Positions 51,105 to 59,433 of a stretch of DNA of 64,000 nt are shown piece by piece. This DNA comes from Candidatus Hadarchaeales archaeon (GTDB lineage Archaea > Hadarchaeota > Hadarchaeia > Hadarchaeales > WYZ-LMO6): positions 14,409-78,408 of the forward strand of contig JAWCKR010000005.1 in assembly GCA_038851755.1 (NCBI GenBank). Direction: 5' to 3'. Position numbers and translations under genes: made by a program. The notes beneath the pieces were generated by a model that was not told where the DNA came from, searched no databases, and was given only the letters and a program-made list of their open reading frames with translations. The first letter of the stretch is position 1; every line of letters starts with the position of its first letter.

Positions 51105-51361
51105 ACCAGCAGCCAGCAGGCGAGGAAGGACCAGATGCCCAGCTTGAGGGCCTTCACCGCCGACCACCCTCCCTCGGGGAACTGGGAGGGAGGGAGCTTC
51201 AGGAGGAAGGGGGTGAGCCTGTAGGCCAGGAAGAAGAAAACGAGGAAGAGGAGGAGGGCTGGGGAGGAGGAGCCCAGCTCAGCCGAAGCCAGGCCGGAGA
51301 GGAGACCTGCCAGAGCACCGAGCGCCATGAAGGGAAGGGAAGCCCTGGTCTTGAACTCCAA
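51074..51361 (-). CDS. Small three-TM archaeal membrane protein (EMC6-like possible)
   Basis: Three hydrophobic segments ending WILVYN; TTG start with SD GAGGTGA. Confidence 0.65.
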   Translation of the reverse strand: MEFKTRASLPFMALGALAGLLSGLASAELGSSSPALLLFLVFFFLAYRLTPFLLKLPPSQFPEGGWSAVKALKLGIWSFLACWLLVWILVYNLAL

Positions 51362-51392
51362 CCTCTCACCTCCCGTTCTTCGTGGGGGGAGA

Positions 51393-52016
51393 CTAAAAAG
51401 GTTCCATCCTCGCCTCCACCACCACCAGCTCCTCGAAGGGTAGCTTGAGCCTGGAGAGGAGGCGAATCCCCAGCCCTTCCTCCCTGACCCTCCTGAGGGT
51501 TTCCTCCACCCCCGAGAGGGAGGACTGTACGAAGAGGGCCCTTCCCCCCTTGGAGAGGTGGAGAGGAAGAGCGGAGAGGAAGGGGTCGAGCACCTTCCTG
51601 CCGTCCTCCCCCCCGCTCCACCTGGGATCACCCTCGCCCTCTTCGGGGAGGTAGGGGGGGTTGAAGACGATCAGGTCAAACCTCAACTCCCCCACCGGCT
51701 CGAAGAGATGTCCCTTCCTCAGCTCCACCCTCGGCCCCACCCCGTTCCTCCATGAGTTGAGCCAAGCGCACCTGAGGGCCTCCTCACTCACGTCGGTGGC
51801 CAGCACCCTTCCCCCCCTCTCCGCCGCCAGCACGGCGAGGATTCCGCAACCCGTTCCCAGCTCCAGCACCCTCTCCCCCTCCCTCACCTCGAGGTGGTCG
51901 GCGAGCAGGAAGGTATCCTCCGCCGGCTCGTAGACCTCGGGGAGAACGAGGAACTCCCTTCCCCGGTAGAACGTTCTGAGGACTCGACGGTGGGTCCCCC
52001 CACCTCCCCTCTCCAC
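51393..52016 (-). CDS. HemK2/PrmC-related SAM-dependent methyltransferase
   Basis: VYEPAEDTFLL, LELGTGCG, FNPPY, WSGGEDG; start uncertain. Confidence 0.92.
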   Translation of the reverse strand: MERGGGGTHRRVLRTFYRGREFLVLPEVYEPAEDTFLLADHLEVREGERVLELGTGCGILAVLAAERGGRVLATDVSEEALRCAWLNSWRNGVGPRVELRKGHLFEPVGELRFDLIVFNPPYLPEEGEGDPRWSGGEDGRKVLDPFLSALPLHLSKGGRALFVQSSLSGVEETLRRVREEGLGIRLLSRLKLPFEELVVVEARMEPF

Positions 52017-52217
52017 CTCTGCTCTCGGGAGGATTTTCCTTGTGTCAACCGCAGTACCACCACCAGTCAAAGGCTCACCCCACCGCTACCTGCTGGTTTT
52101 AGAGGTTTAAAGTCAAAAATCTCCCCTCTTCTTGTCCATGTGACTCGGCCCTTAAGTGCTGGGTGTGGCGCACTCCAGAAGATTTAAATCCCCACCAACA
52201 GGGGAGCATGTGGTCTG

Positions 52218-52748
52218 ATGAAAAACGAAAGGATGGGGATAGCCACAAGTGTTCTCTTAGTAATAATAGTGATCGTCGGTGCTGCCGCGGCTGGAGCATA
52301 CGTGGTGCTCACGCGCGAAGGCGGGGAGAGCGGCGGCGAAACTGGTGGAGGTGGGGGCGGCGTGGGGTCGGCGAGCAGCCTGAGTTATACCGTGGATGTG
52401 ACCCCCCAGGGTTACGAGACTGTGACCTATACCTTCAAGATAAAAGACATTGGGCAGGCGACGGTAAGGTACAGAATAGAGTGGACCTCGGGAGGATTCC
52501 CTACAGTACTAATCGTGAACCGGGCGGAAAATAAAGTGTGGATGCGGGTCGGAGAAATGGAATGGATGGACATGTCAAGCCAAATGAATTGGCAAAGCTA
52601 CACCGCCTCCGCTGAGCAGTACAGGACCCGATTGCAGAACTGGGTAAGTGGCGACTACACCTACACGGACCCAAACGGAACCAGGGTGAGGATTTACAAC
52701 ATCCAAGTGAACCCATCGCTTCCCGACTCTCTGTTCACACCCGATTGA
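52218..52748 (+). CDS. Membrane-anchored exported protein with LolA-like C-terminus
   Basis: N-terminal TM, Gly linker, C-terminal NPSLPDSLFTP. Confidence 0.7.
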   Translation: MKNERMGIATSVLLVIIVIVGAAAAGAYVVLTREGGESGGETGGGGGGVGSASSLSYTVDVTPQGYETVTYTFKIKDIGQATVRYRIEWTSGGFPTVLIVNRAENKVWMRVGEMEWMDMSSQMNWQSYTASAEQYRTRLQNWVSGDYTYTDPNGTRVRIYNIQVNPSLPDSLFTPD

Positions 52749-52828
52749 GAGGAAAGCTGCATCCTCCTTTTCCTTCATGGGCAGGGGACTCGCTGAACCC
52801 CAGCGGTATTCTGGCCGAGACCACCTCT

Positions 52829-53359
52829 TCAAAGAAGGAGCCTTGCAGAGAGAAGCAGAGAGCACATCCCCAGCACGTCGCAGAGGGAAGTGATGACGGG
52901 TCCCGTGACGTTGTCGGGGTCCAGCCCCCTGGCGAAGGATATCAGGGCGAGGAGGGCCGAGGAGAAGACCACGACGGGGGTAAGGATGAGACCGCTCATC
53001 AGCATGACCAGGGCGAGTCTCCCGGACCCGCCCACCACGAGGAGATAGAGGAGGAGAACGGCGGAGGTTGCCGTGTACATCAGCAGGCTGGAAGCGGAGA
53101 TGGCCTTCAGGTTGAAGTAGAGCACCTTCCTCTGCCCCGGAGCTATGGTGCCCAGGTGGAGGGCCGAGCTGAGCCTGGCCCCCAGAATCGCGCCCACGTT
53201 TCCGGCGATGTCGTTGATGGGTGGCACCATCACCAGGAGGAAGGGGATGGAGTAGAAGAGGTCGAGCTGGTGCTCCGCCAGCAGGCCTGAGAAGGTGGAG
53301 ATGAAAGCGCAGACGACCAAAACGGAGTAGGTTTCTGCCACCGTCCTCCAGAAGCGCAA
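52829..53359 (-). CDS. MgtE/SLC41 integral-membrane domain protein
   Basis: P..NDIAGNVG, RLSSALHLG, GLDPDNVTGPVITSLCD. Confidence 0.9.
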   Translation of the reverse strand: MRFWRTVAETYSVLVVCAFISTFSGLLAEHQLDLFYSIPFLLVMVPPINDIAGNVGAILGARLSSALHLGTIAPGQRKVLYFNLKAISASSLLMYTATSAVLLLYLLVVGGSGRLALVMLMSGLILTPVVVFSSALLALISFARGLDPDNVTGPVITSLCDVLGMCSLLLSARLLL

Positions 53360-53363
53360 CCCC

Positions 53364-53915
53364 TCACCCCCAGAAGATGACCACCAGGTAGATACAGAGG
53401 ACGGTGATGATATCCCCCAGGGTGGTCATCACGGGCCCCGTAACATTATCTGGATCCCACTTCCGCCTGAAGGAGAGAAAAGTCACGGTGATGGTCAGGA
53501 AGGTGATCAGGACGCCTGCCAGGGTGCCGGAGACCAGGGCGATGCCCAGCAGGTCCAAGAAGTGGGAGGAGAGGCCCAGGGAGCCCCGGATCACCAGCGA
53601 AACCCCAGCCACGGTCACGGAGCCCACGATGCTGAGGAAGACCGCAGCCAGCGCGTTTCCCACCAGCTCCCAGCTCCTGGAGAGCTTCGGCCTGAGGACA
53701 CCCAGGTGGAGAGCGGTACCCAGCCTGGAGCCCAGCGCGCAGCCTATGTTTCCCCTCAGCCCCACCAGGGGAGGAACCATCGTGAGGAGGCCAGGAATGA
53801 CGTAGAACCTCTCCTTCATCCCCTCCAGCACCGAACCAGCAGTGAAGTCTGCCACGGCACACAAGGTCAGCACGGAAAGACTCTGAACCAGCAGGTTCCT
53901 GAGGGCCTTCTCCAT
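53364..53915 (-). CDS. MgtE/SLC41 integral-membrane domain protein
   Basis: P..VGLRGNIG, RLGTALHLG, WDPDNVTGPVMTTLGD. Confidence 0.9.
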   Translation of the reverse strand: MEKALRNLLVQSLSVLTLCAVADFTAGSVLEGMKERFYVIPGLLTMVPPLVGLRGNIGCALGSRLGTALHLGVLRPKLSRSWELVGNALAAVFLSIVGSVTVAGVSLVIRGSLGLSSHFLDLLGIALVSGTLAGVLITFLTITVTFLSFRRKWDPDNVTGPVMTTLGDIITVLCIYLVVIFWG

Positions 53916-54025
53916 TCCCCCACCGAACCCCCCTCGGCACCTTTTCCTTAAAGGGTTAGGCCCCCGCCGCCCCGGGGAGCTACGATAGGGTTAAAAGGGG
54001 GTGAAAGGGAGGAGGATGGGAGAAA

Positions 54026-54379
54026 ATGAAGGCGGACATGAAGAAGCTGATAGGGCCCATAGCCTTCTACATAGCCCTGCTGATAGCGGTGGTGGCAGCG
54101 GTAGCCGTGGACCCGTCTGGCAAGCTCTACGGGGCGCTGGCGGTGCTGGGGCTCATCGTGGCCGTGTGCAACATCACGGGAGAGGAGACCGAGAAGTTCA
54201 TCATGAGTTCCATAGCCTTCATCATCGCCGCGCTGGGCATGTACAGCATGATCACCGTCACCGGCGTGGACCTGGCGGACGAAATCGTCAACTTGGCGGC
54301 TAACATCACGGTGCTGCTGGGCGCCGGAGTGGCCCTCATCTCCCTGAAGGCCGTCTACCAGCTGGCCAAGAGCGCCTAA
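54026..54379 (+). CDS. Small four-TM membrane protein
   Basis: Hydrophobic, NIT.EE..KF motif, SD GGAGG, downstream T-tract. Confidence 0.75.
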   Translation: MKADMKKLIGPIAFYIALLIAVVAAVAVDPSGKLYGALAVLGLIVAVCNITGEETEKFIMSSIAFIIAALGMYSMITVTGVDLADEIVNLAANITVLLGAGVALISLKAVYQLAKSA

Positions 54380-54386
54380 AACCCGC

Positions 54387-54410
54387 TCTTTTCTTTTTTT
54401 CTTTTTTCTC
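54387..54410 (+). terminator. Archaeal oligo-T terminator
   Basis: CTTTTTCTTTTTTTCTTTTTTCTC just after the stop codon. Confidence 0.6.
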
Positions 54411-54438
54411 ACACCAACCAGCAGGAACTTTCTTTAGG

Positions 54439-54530
54439 AGCCCCGGGCGGGAATTGAACCCGCGACCTCGCGCTCTTCGGTTCCTCGGGGAATACCAAGC
54501 GCGCGCTCTTACCGACTGAGCTACCGGGGC
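54439..54530 (-). tRNA. tRNA-Thr(GGU) with 18-nt intron at 37/38 (54475-54492)
   Basis: GCCCCGG/CCGGGGC acceptor, GCTC/GAGC D stem, CGCGC-TTGGTA[intron]A-GCGCG, TTCAATT T-loop; BHB-like pairing. Confidence 0.93.
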
Positions 54531-54605
54531 CTTCTTCTTTCGCTTCCCCGGCTAAAAAAACCGACGGAAAGGGCAGGGGGAAAAGAATCCTCCATCACCC
54601 CTCCT

Positions 54606-54621
54606 TGTTTCATATGAAACA
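54606..54621. promoter_or_regulatory. Perfect 16-bp palindrome TGTTTCATATGAAACA; candidate operator
   Basis: Seen directly, ~38 nt upstream of the ABC binding-protein start. Confidence 0.6.
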
Positions 54622-54658
54622 GTAAAGGATAAAGGGAAACTGCTGGGGAAGTCGTGAG

Positions 54659-55723
54659 ATGAAGGCTGGCTTAGCCGGCATGCTGGTCATCCTGGTGGCC
54701 GCTCTCCTGGCCCTGGGCTACCTGGGTTACTCGGGGAAGCCCAAACCCCTCCTGAGCCCTGAAAACACCCTGACCACCGTGGACGACTCTGGAAAGTACG
54801 TGGAGGTCCCGCAACCCGTCGAGAGGGTGGTCCTGCTGCACAGCGATGCCGGGGAGATCGTGTGCGCCCTCGGCGCGGAGAACCTGGTGGTCGGGGTGAG
54901 CCCCACCACCAAAAGGAAGATGGCCCCCAAGTTCGACAACCTTCCGGAGGTAGGCAGCTGTTCCTCCCCCAACTACGAGGCCATCCTGGAGCTCCAACCC
55001 GACCTGGTGATCACCTACAGCGGGAGCGTGGGCTCGGAGGAAGAACTGAGGAAGAGGCTGGAGCCGCTGGGCATCAGGATCCTGTGCCTGGATGCCTACA
55101 AGCTGGAGCTCATCCCCAGAGATGTGAGGCTGCTGGGACTGGTGCTGGGCAAGGGGGAAAGGGCGGAAGAATACGCGGGCTTCTTCGAACGAAACCTGAA
55201 ACTCATTGAAAACAGGGTCTCCGGTCTTTCCCCCGAAAACAAGGTGCGCGTCTACGTGGAGGGACACAAAGACTATCAGACGGCCTCTTACGGCACGATG
55301 GCCCACGGCATCGTAACCGCCGCGGGTGGTCTGAACCTGGCGGCCGGGGAGCCCACCTCCTACCCCATCGTCTCCCCCGAGTGGGTGCTGGAGAAAAACC
55401 CCGACGTGATCCTCAAGAACGTGGGGTCCAAGGTCCTACCCGGAGGGGGGAGGGCCCTGACCGACCCCGAACCCCTCAGGGAAGCCTGGAGGAGTCTGGT
55501 GGGCAGAACGGGGTGGGCGGGGTTGAAGGCCGTGGAGGAGAACAGGGTCTATGTGATGTCCTGGGACCTCTGGGGAGGAGGCTCCCAGGTCGTGGCCATC
55601 TGCTACGCTGCCAAGCGGTTCTATCCCCAGCTCTTCCTGGACCTCAATCCCTCCTCCGTCCACAGGGAGCTGATGGAGAACTTCTGGGGCCTGGAGTACG
55701 GAGGAGCGTACGTTTACCCATGA
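54659..55723 (+). CDS. B12/Fe-chelate ABC substrate-binding protein (BtuF-like)
   Basis: VDDSGKYVEVPQPVERVV, PNYEAILELQPDLVI, VSPEWVLEKNPDVI. Confidence 0.9.
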   Translation: MKAGLAGMLVILVAALLALGYLGYSGKPKPLLSPENTLTTVDDSGKYVEVPQPVERVVLLHSDAGEIVCALGAENLVVGVSPTTKRKMAPKFDNLPEVGSCSSPNYEAILELQPDLVITYSGSVGSEEELRKRLEPLGIRILCLDAYKLELIPRDVRLLGLVLGKGERAEEYAGFFERNLKLIENRVSGLSPENKVRVYVEGHKDYQTASYGTMAHGIVTAAGGLNLAAGEPTSYPIVSPEWVLEKNPDVILKNVGSKVLPGGGRALTDPEPLREAWRSLVGRTGWAGLKAVEENRVYVMSWDLWGGGSQVVAICYAAKRFYPQLFLDLNPSSVHRELMENFWGLEYGGAYVYP

Positions 55724-56766
55724 GGGCCGAAAGGCTCTACCGCCGCTTCACCCGGAAGAAGTTCTGGTTCCTCCTCTCCCTTCTCCTCCTCCTCTTCCTC
55801 CTCTCCCTCCTGGCCCTCTCCGTGGGAGCTGCCAGCCTGAGTCCCGCGGAGGTCTGGCGTGCCTTCCTCTCCAGGATCCTCCCCCTCTCCCCCCCGGACC
55901 GCCTCTCCCAGGTCATCGTCTGGGAGCTCAGGGTCCCCAGGGTCCTCCTGGCTCTCTTCGCCGGCGCGGGTTTGGCCCTCGCTGGAGCCGTGAGCCAGGC
56001 ACTGCTGCGCAACCCCCTGGCTAGCCCCTACACCCTGGGCGTCTCCTCCGCGGCGGGTTTCGGGGCCTCCCTGGGCCTGGTGCTGGGGCTCGGAGTGCTC
56101 GGAGGGGAGTACCTGGTGGTGGTCAACGCCTTCTGCTTCGCCCTCCTGTCCACCCTGCTGGTCTGGGGCCTCAGCGTGAGGAAGGGGATGAGCTCGGAAA
56201 GCATCATCCTGGCCGGGATCGCCGTGATGTACCTCTTCTCCTCCCTCACCTCCATCCTGCAGTACGTGGCTGAACCCAGGGCCCTTCAAGGGGTAATTTT
56301 CTGGCTGATGGGTGGCCTCCACACGGCCACCTGGGAGCGGCTCCTCCCTGTCCTCCTCATCCTCCTTCTCTGTTCCCCCCTCCTCCTGCGCTACTCCTGG
56401 GACCTGAACGCCCTGGCGATGGGGGACGAAACGGCGATGGGGCTGGGTGTGAACGTGAAATGGGTGAGGGGCGTGGGACTCGTGCTCTTTTCCCTCCTCA
56501 CCGCGGGCATCGTCTCCTTCACCGGCACCATAGGCTTCATAGGTCTGGTCTCCCCGCACTTCGCCCGCATGCTCGTGGGGGGGGACCACAGGTTCGTCCT
56601 GCCCTGCTCCTGCCTGGTGGGCGCCCTCCTCCTGCTGGCGGCCGACACGCTGGCCCGAACCCTGATAGCCCCCACCGAAATCCCGGTGGGGGCCGTGACC
56701 GCCCTCCTGGGCATACCCTTCTTCCTCCATCTCCTCATGAGGAAGAGGAGGGAGTTCTGGTCATGA
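55720..56766 (+). CDS. FecCD/BtuC-family ABC permease
   Basis: LRVPRV, RNPLASPYTLGVS, FTGTIGFIGLVSPH, EIPVGAVT. Confidence 0.93.
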   Translation: MRAERLYRRFTRKKFWFLLSLLLLLFLLSLLALSVGAASLSPAEVWRAFLSRILPLSPPDRLSQVIVWELRVPRVLLALFAGAGLALAGAVSQALLRNPLASPYTLGVSSAAGFGASLGLVLGLGVLGGEYLVVVNAFCFALLSTLLVWGLSVRKGMSSESIILAGIAVMYLFSSLTSILQYVAEPRALQGVIFWLMGGLHTATWERLLPVLLILLLCSPLLLRYSWDLNALAMGDETAMGLGVNVKWVRGVGLVLFSLLTAGIVSFTGTIGFIGLVSPHFARMLVGGDHRFVLPCSCLVGALLLLAADTLARTLIAPTEIPVGAVTALLGIPFFLHLLMRKRREFWS

Positions 56767-57530
56767 AGATCTTGGTCAGGGGGGTGTCCTTTAGGTACGG
56801 GGACCTCCAGGCCCTCAGGGGGGTCACGCTGGAGGCGAGAGAGGGGGAGGTCACGTGTCTGGTGGGACCCAACGGCTCGGGCAAGACCACCCTCCTGAGG
56901 TGCCTGGACGGGATCCTCAGGCCCCAGAAGGGCACCATCTTCCTGGACGGGAGGGAAATAGGGGAGTTCACCCAGAGGGAACTCTCTAGAAAGGTGAGCT
57001 ACCTCCCCCAGGACCACTCCCACGTTTTCCCCCTCACGGTCTTCGACACCGTGCTGCTGGGGAGGAGGCCCCACCTGGGCTGGAGGGTGGGGGAAAGAGA
57101 CCTCAAAGTGGTCTCAGAGGTCCTGGAGAGGATGGGCATGGAGGAACTGGCGCTCAGGTACTTCGACGAACTCAGCGGCGGGGAGAAGCAGAAGGTCCTC
57201 CTCGCCCGGTCCCTGGCCCAGGAACCCGAGATCCTGCTCCTGGACGAGCCCACGAGCAACTTGGATCTGCGACACCAGCTGGAGATCCTGGGCCTCCTGA
57301 GGGAAACGGTGGGGAGGAGGGGCATCACCGCCGTGATGGCCCTCCACGACCTGAACCTGGCCTCCAGGTTCTCCGACAGGGTCGTGCTGCTGCACAGGGG
57401 AAGGGTGTTCGCTGAGGGAAGACCGAAGGAAGTGCTCACCCCGGGGAACCTGGAGCGGGTCTACGGGGTGAGGGCCAAGAGGTTGAGAGGACCCGACGGA
57501 CCATACCTCCTCCCCCTAGCGCCCGTCTAA
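56763..57530 (+). CDS. ABC ATP-binding protein (FecE/BtuD family)
   Basis: GPNGSGKTT, LSGGE, LLDEPT, HDLNLA. Confidence 0.94.
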   Translation: MKILVRGVSFRYGDLQALRGVTLEAREGEVTCLVGPNGSGKTTLLRCLDGILRPQKGTIFLDGREIGEFTQRELSRKVSYLPQDHSHVFPLTVFDTVLLGRRPHLGWRVGERDLKVVSEVLERMGMEELALRYFDELSGGEKQKVLLARSLAQEPEILLLDEPTSNLDLRHQLEILGLLRETVGRRGITAVMALHDLNLASRFSDRVVLLHRGRVFAEGRPKEVLTPGNLERVYGVRAKRLRGPDGPYLLPLAPV

Positions 57531-57568
57531 GACCAAACCTTAAGTAAGAAAAGAGAAAACTACATTCA

Positions 57569-58027
57569 ATGGTGAGCCTCAGGGACCTCAGGGTGATCAA
57601 CCTGGGGGAGGGAGACCTGCAGGAGGTGATGGAACTCGGTTACAAGTGCTTCCCGGATCCCTACCCCCTGGGCCTGCTGGAGCAGCTGTACAAGAGCGAT
57701 CCCTCGGGCTTCATGGGGGTGAGGATAAACGGGAAGCTGGTGGGATACTTAATCTGCACCATGAGGTGGGGCGGGATAGGGCATATCCTCTCCATAGCCG
57801 TGGACCCCCAGTACCGCAGGAGGGGGGTGGGAAGGGCCCTCATCCAGAAAGCCCTGGAGAAGCTCAGGAGGGAAGGGGCAAACGCCGTGAGGCTGGAAGC
57901 CAGGAAGAGCAATCTGGGGGCCAGAGCTTTCTACGCCACCCTTGGGTTCAAAGAAGAAAGAGAGCTCCCCCATTATTACGAGGACGGGGAGACCGCCGTG
58001 CTCATGTGGTATCACTACCACGCCTGA
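57569..58027 (+). CDS. rimI: RimI/Ard1-family N-terminal acetyltransferase
   Basis: GHILSIAVDPQYRRRGVG, LEARKSN, YYEDGETA. Confidence 0.9.
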   Translation: MVSLRDLRVINLGEGDLQEVMELGYKCFPDPYPLGLLEQLYKSDPSGFMGVRINGKLVGYLICTMRWGGIGHILSIAVDPQYRRRGVGRALIQKALEKLRREGANAVRLEARKSNLGARAFYATLGFKEERELPHYYEDGETAVLMWYHYHA

Positions 58028-58028
58028 G

Positions 58029-59171
58029 CTAGCGCCCGCCCTCGAGGTCCCTGAGCGTGAAAACGCGCAGGCCCGGGGGAACTCTCTCCACTCGGGATTG
58101 GACTCCCACGAGGTTTTTCACTCCACGCCCTGAGGCCAGGTCAGCCATCTCCTGGGTGATGATGCCGTCGAGAACGACCGTGTTTACGCCGTCCACCTGC
58201 GCCAGCCTATCCTTCAGATCCCTCACAGGAATCTCCTCGATCTTCTCCAGTGACTGGTTCAGCAGCTGGGCCTTCAGCGATCCTGCCATGCCCTCCAGCA
58301 GCTCCTTCAGCTTGGAGACCTCCGTTCTCCTCTCCTCCGGAGCCCTCTCGGCCTTCCTCTGTCCCCTGAGTTCCTCCACCGGCACCTTGTTCCTGAGGGC
58401 CTTGAGCACTTCCTTCCTGGTCAGCTCCTCCACGCTCTTCCCGTTGGGGGGTCTGGCCACGAAGTCTATCTTCACCAGCTGCATGAGCTCCTTCAGGATG
58501 AGGTCTCCCCCCCTGTCGCTGTCCAGGAAGGCGGTGACGGTCTTGTTCTTGCACAGGTCCACGATCTGCTTGGGCACGCTCGTCCCCTCCACCGCGATGG
58601 CGTTGCGGATGCCCGCCCTGAGGAGGTTCAGGACGTCGGCCCTGCCCTCCACCAGGATTACCGCATCCGACTCCATCACCCCCGGACCGGCGGGCAGACC
58701 CTGGTACTCCACGATCTCCTCCACCCTCATGTTCTCCTTGACCTGCTCCGAAAGCTCCTGACTCTCCGGGCTCTCCAGCTCCAGCCTCGAGAGGATCTCC
58801 TTGGCGCGGTCCACGATGTACTTGCGCTTGGCCTCCCTTACGTCCTCGATCCTCTCCGTCTTGATCCTGGCCTCGCAGGGACCTACCCTGTCCACCGTCT
58901 CCAGCGCGGCCGCTATGATGGCGGTCTCCACCTTGTCCAGGCTGGAGGGTATGAGGACGGTGCCGGTGGACTTCCCCTGGTTGGTGCTCAGCTCCACCTT
59001 GATCCTCCCTATCCTTCCGGACTTCAGCAGCTCCCTGAGGTCGAGGTCCTCTCCCAGCAGGCCTTCCACCTGCCCGAAGATGGCCCCCACCACATCGGGG
59101 CGTTCCACCACCCCGTTGGCCTCTATCCTGGCGTGGATGAGATACTTCACTGCCCCAAACTCTTCTTTCAT
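58029..59171 (-). CDS. dnaG: Archaeal DnaG (Toprim; exosome-associated)
   Basis: GVVERPDVVGAIFGQ, VDRVGPC, VEGRADV, DSDRGG; SD GGAGGGTGA before ATG 59171. Confidence 0.96.
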   Translation of the reverse strand: MKEEFGAVKYLIHARIEANGVVERPDVVGAIFGQVEGLLGEDLDLRELLKSGRIGRIKVELSTNQGKSTGTVLIPSSLDKVETAIIAAALETVDRVGPCEARIKTERIEDVREAKRKYIVDRAKEILSRLELESPESQELSEQVKENMRVEEIVEYQGLPAGPGVMESDAVILVEGRADVLNLLRAGIRNAIAVEGTSVPKQIVDLCKNKTVTAFLDSDRGGDLILKELMQLVKIDFVARPPNGKSVEELTRKEVLKALRNKVPVEELRGQRKAERAPEERRTEVSKLKELLEGMAGSLKAQLLNQSLEKIEEIPVRDLKDRLAQVDGVNTVVLDGIITQEMADLASGRGVKNLVGVQSRVERVPPGLRVFTLRDLEGGR

Positions 59172-59380
59172 ACTCTCACCCTCCTTTTTGGTCGCATTCT
59201 CCTTTACCAGCTCCTTAAGCGATTTTTCCTTCAATTGCTCACCAGAAGGTTGTTCTGGTTTGGAACTGCCCCTCTCGGAGCTTCCCGCTTCAAGGACAGG
59301 ATACCCGGTCCAGTGAGACCAGATCACGGGTAGCACCCGTCTCAGCAGGCCTAACCTCGGGCCGTTCCAGCCCTACCCGT
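59172..59380 (-). ncRNA. Candidate structured 5' leader of dnaG
   Basis: Multibranch stem set found by eye; TATA box at 59402-59409. Confidence 0.55.
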
Positions 59381-59433
59381 TTTTCTTCTTCCTTCCCCCC
59401 TTATATAAATACTTTGACCACCGCCTGGGGTCC

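Noticed and set aside
51987-52086. SAM-I riboswitch ahead of the methyltransferase
   Set aside because: Only a loose AGAG..GGTGGAG resemblance; conserved AUC/GAU P1 and GCAACC core not found
54531-54658. Cobalamin riboswitch ahead of the BtuF-like gene
   Set aside because: Space too short and no B12-box core recognisable
59172-59336. N-terminal extension of DnaG in the ORF track; also RNase P RNA identity for this region
   Set aside because: Strong SD precedes ATG 59171 and homology starts there; RNase P motifs (GAGGAAAGUCC, ACAGAA..CGGCUUA) are absent
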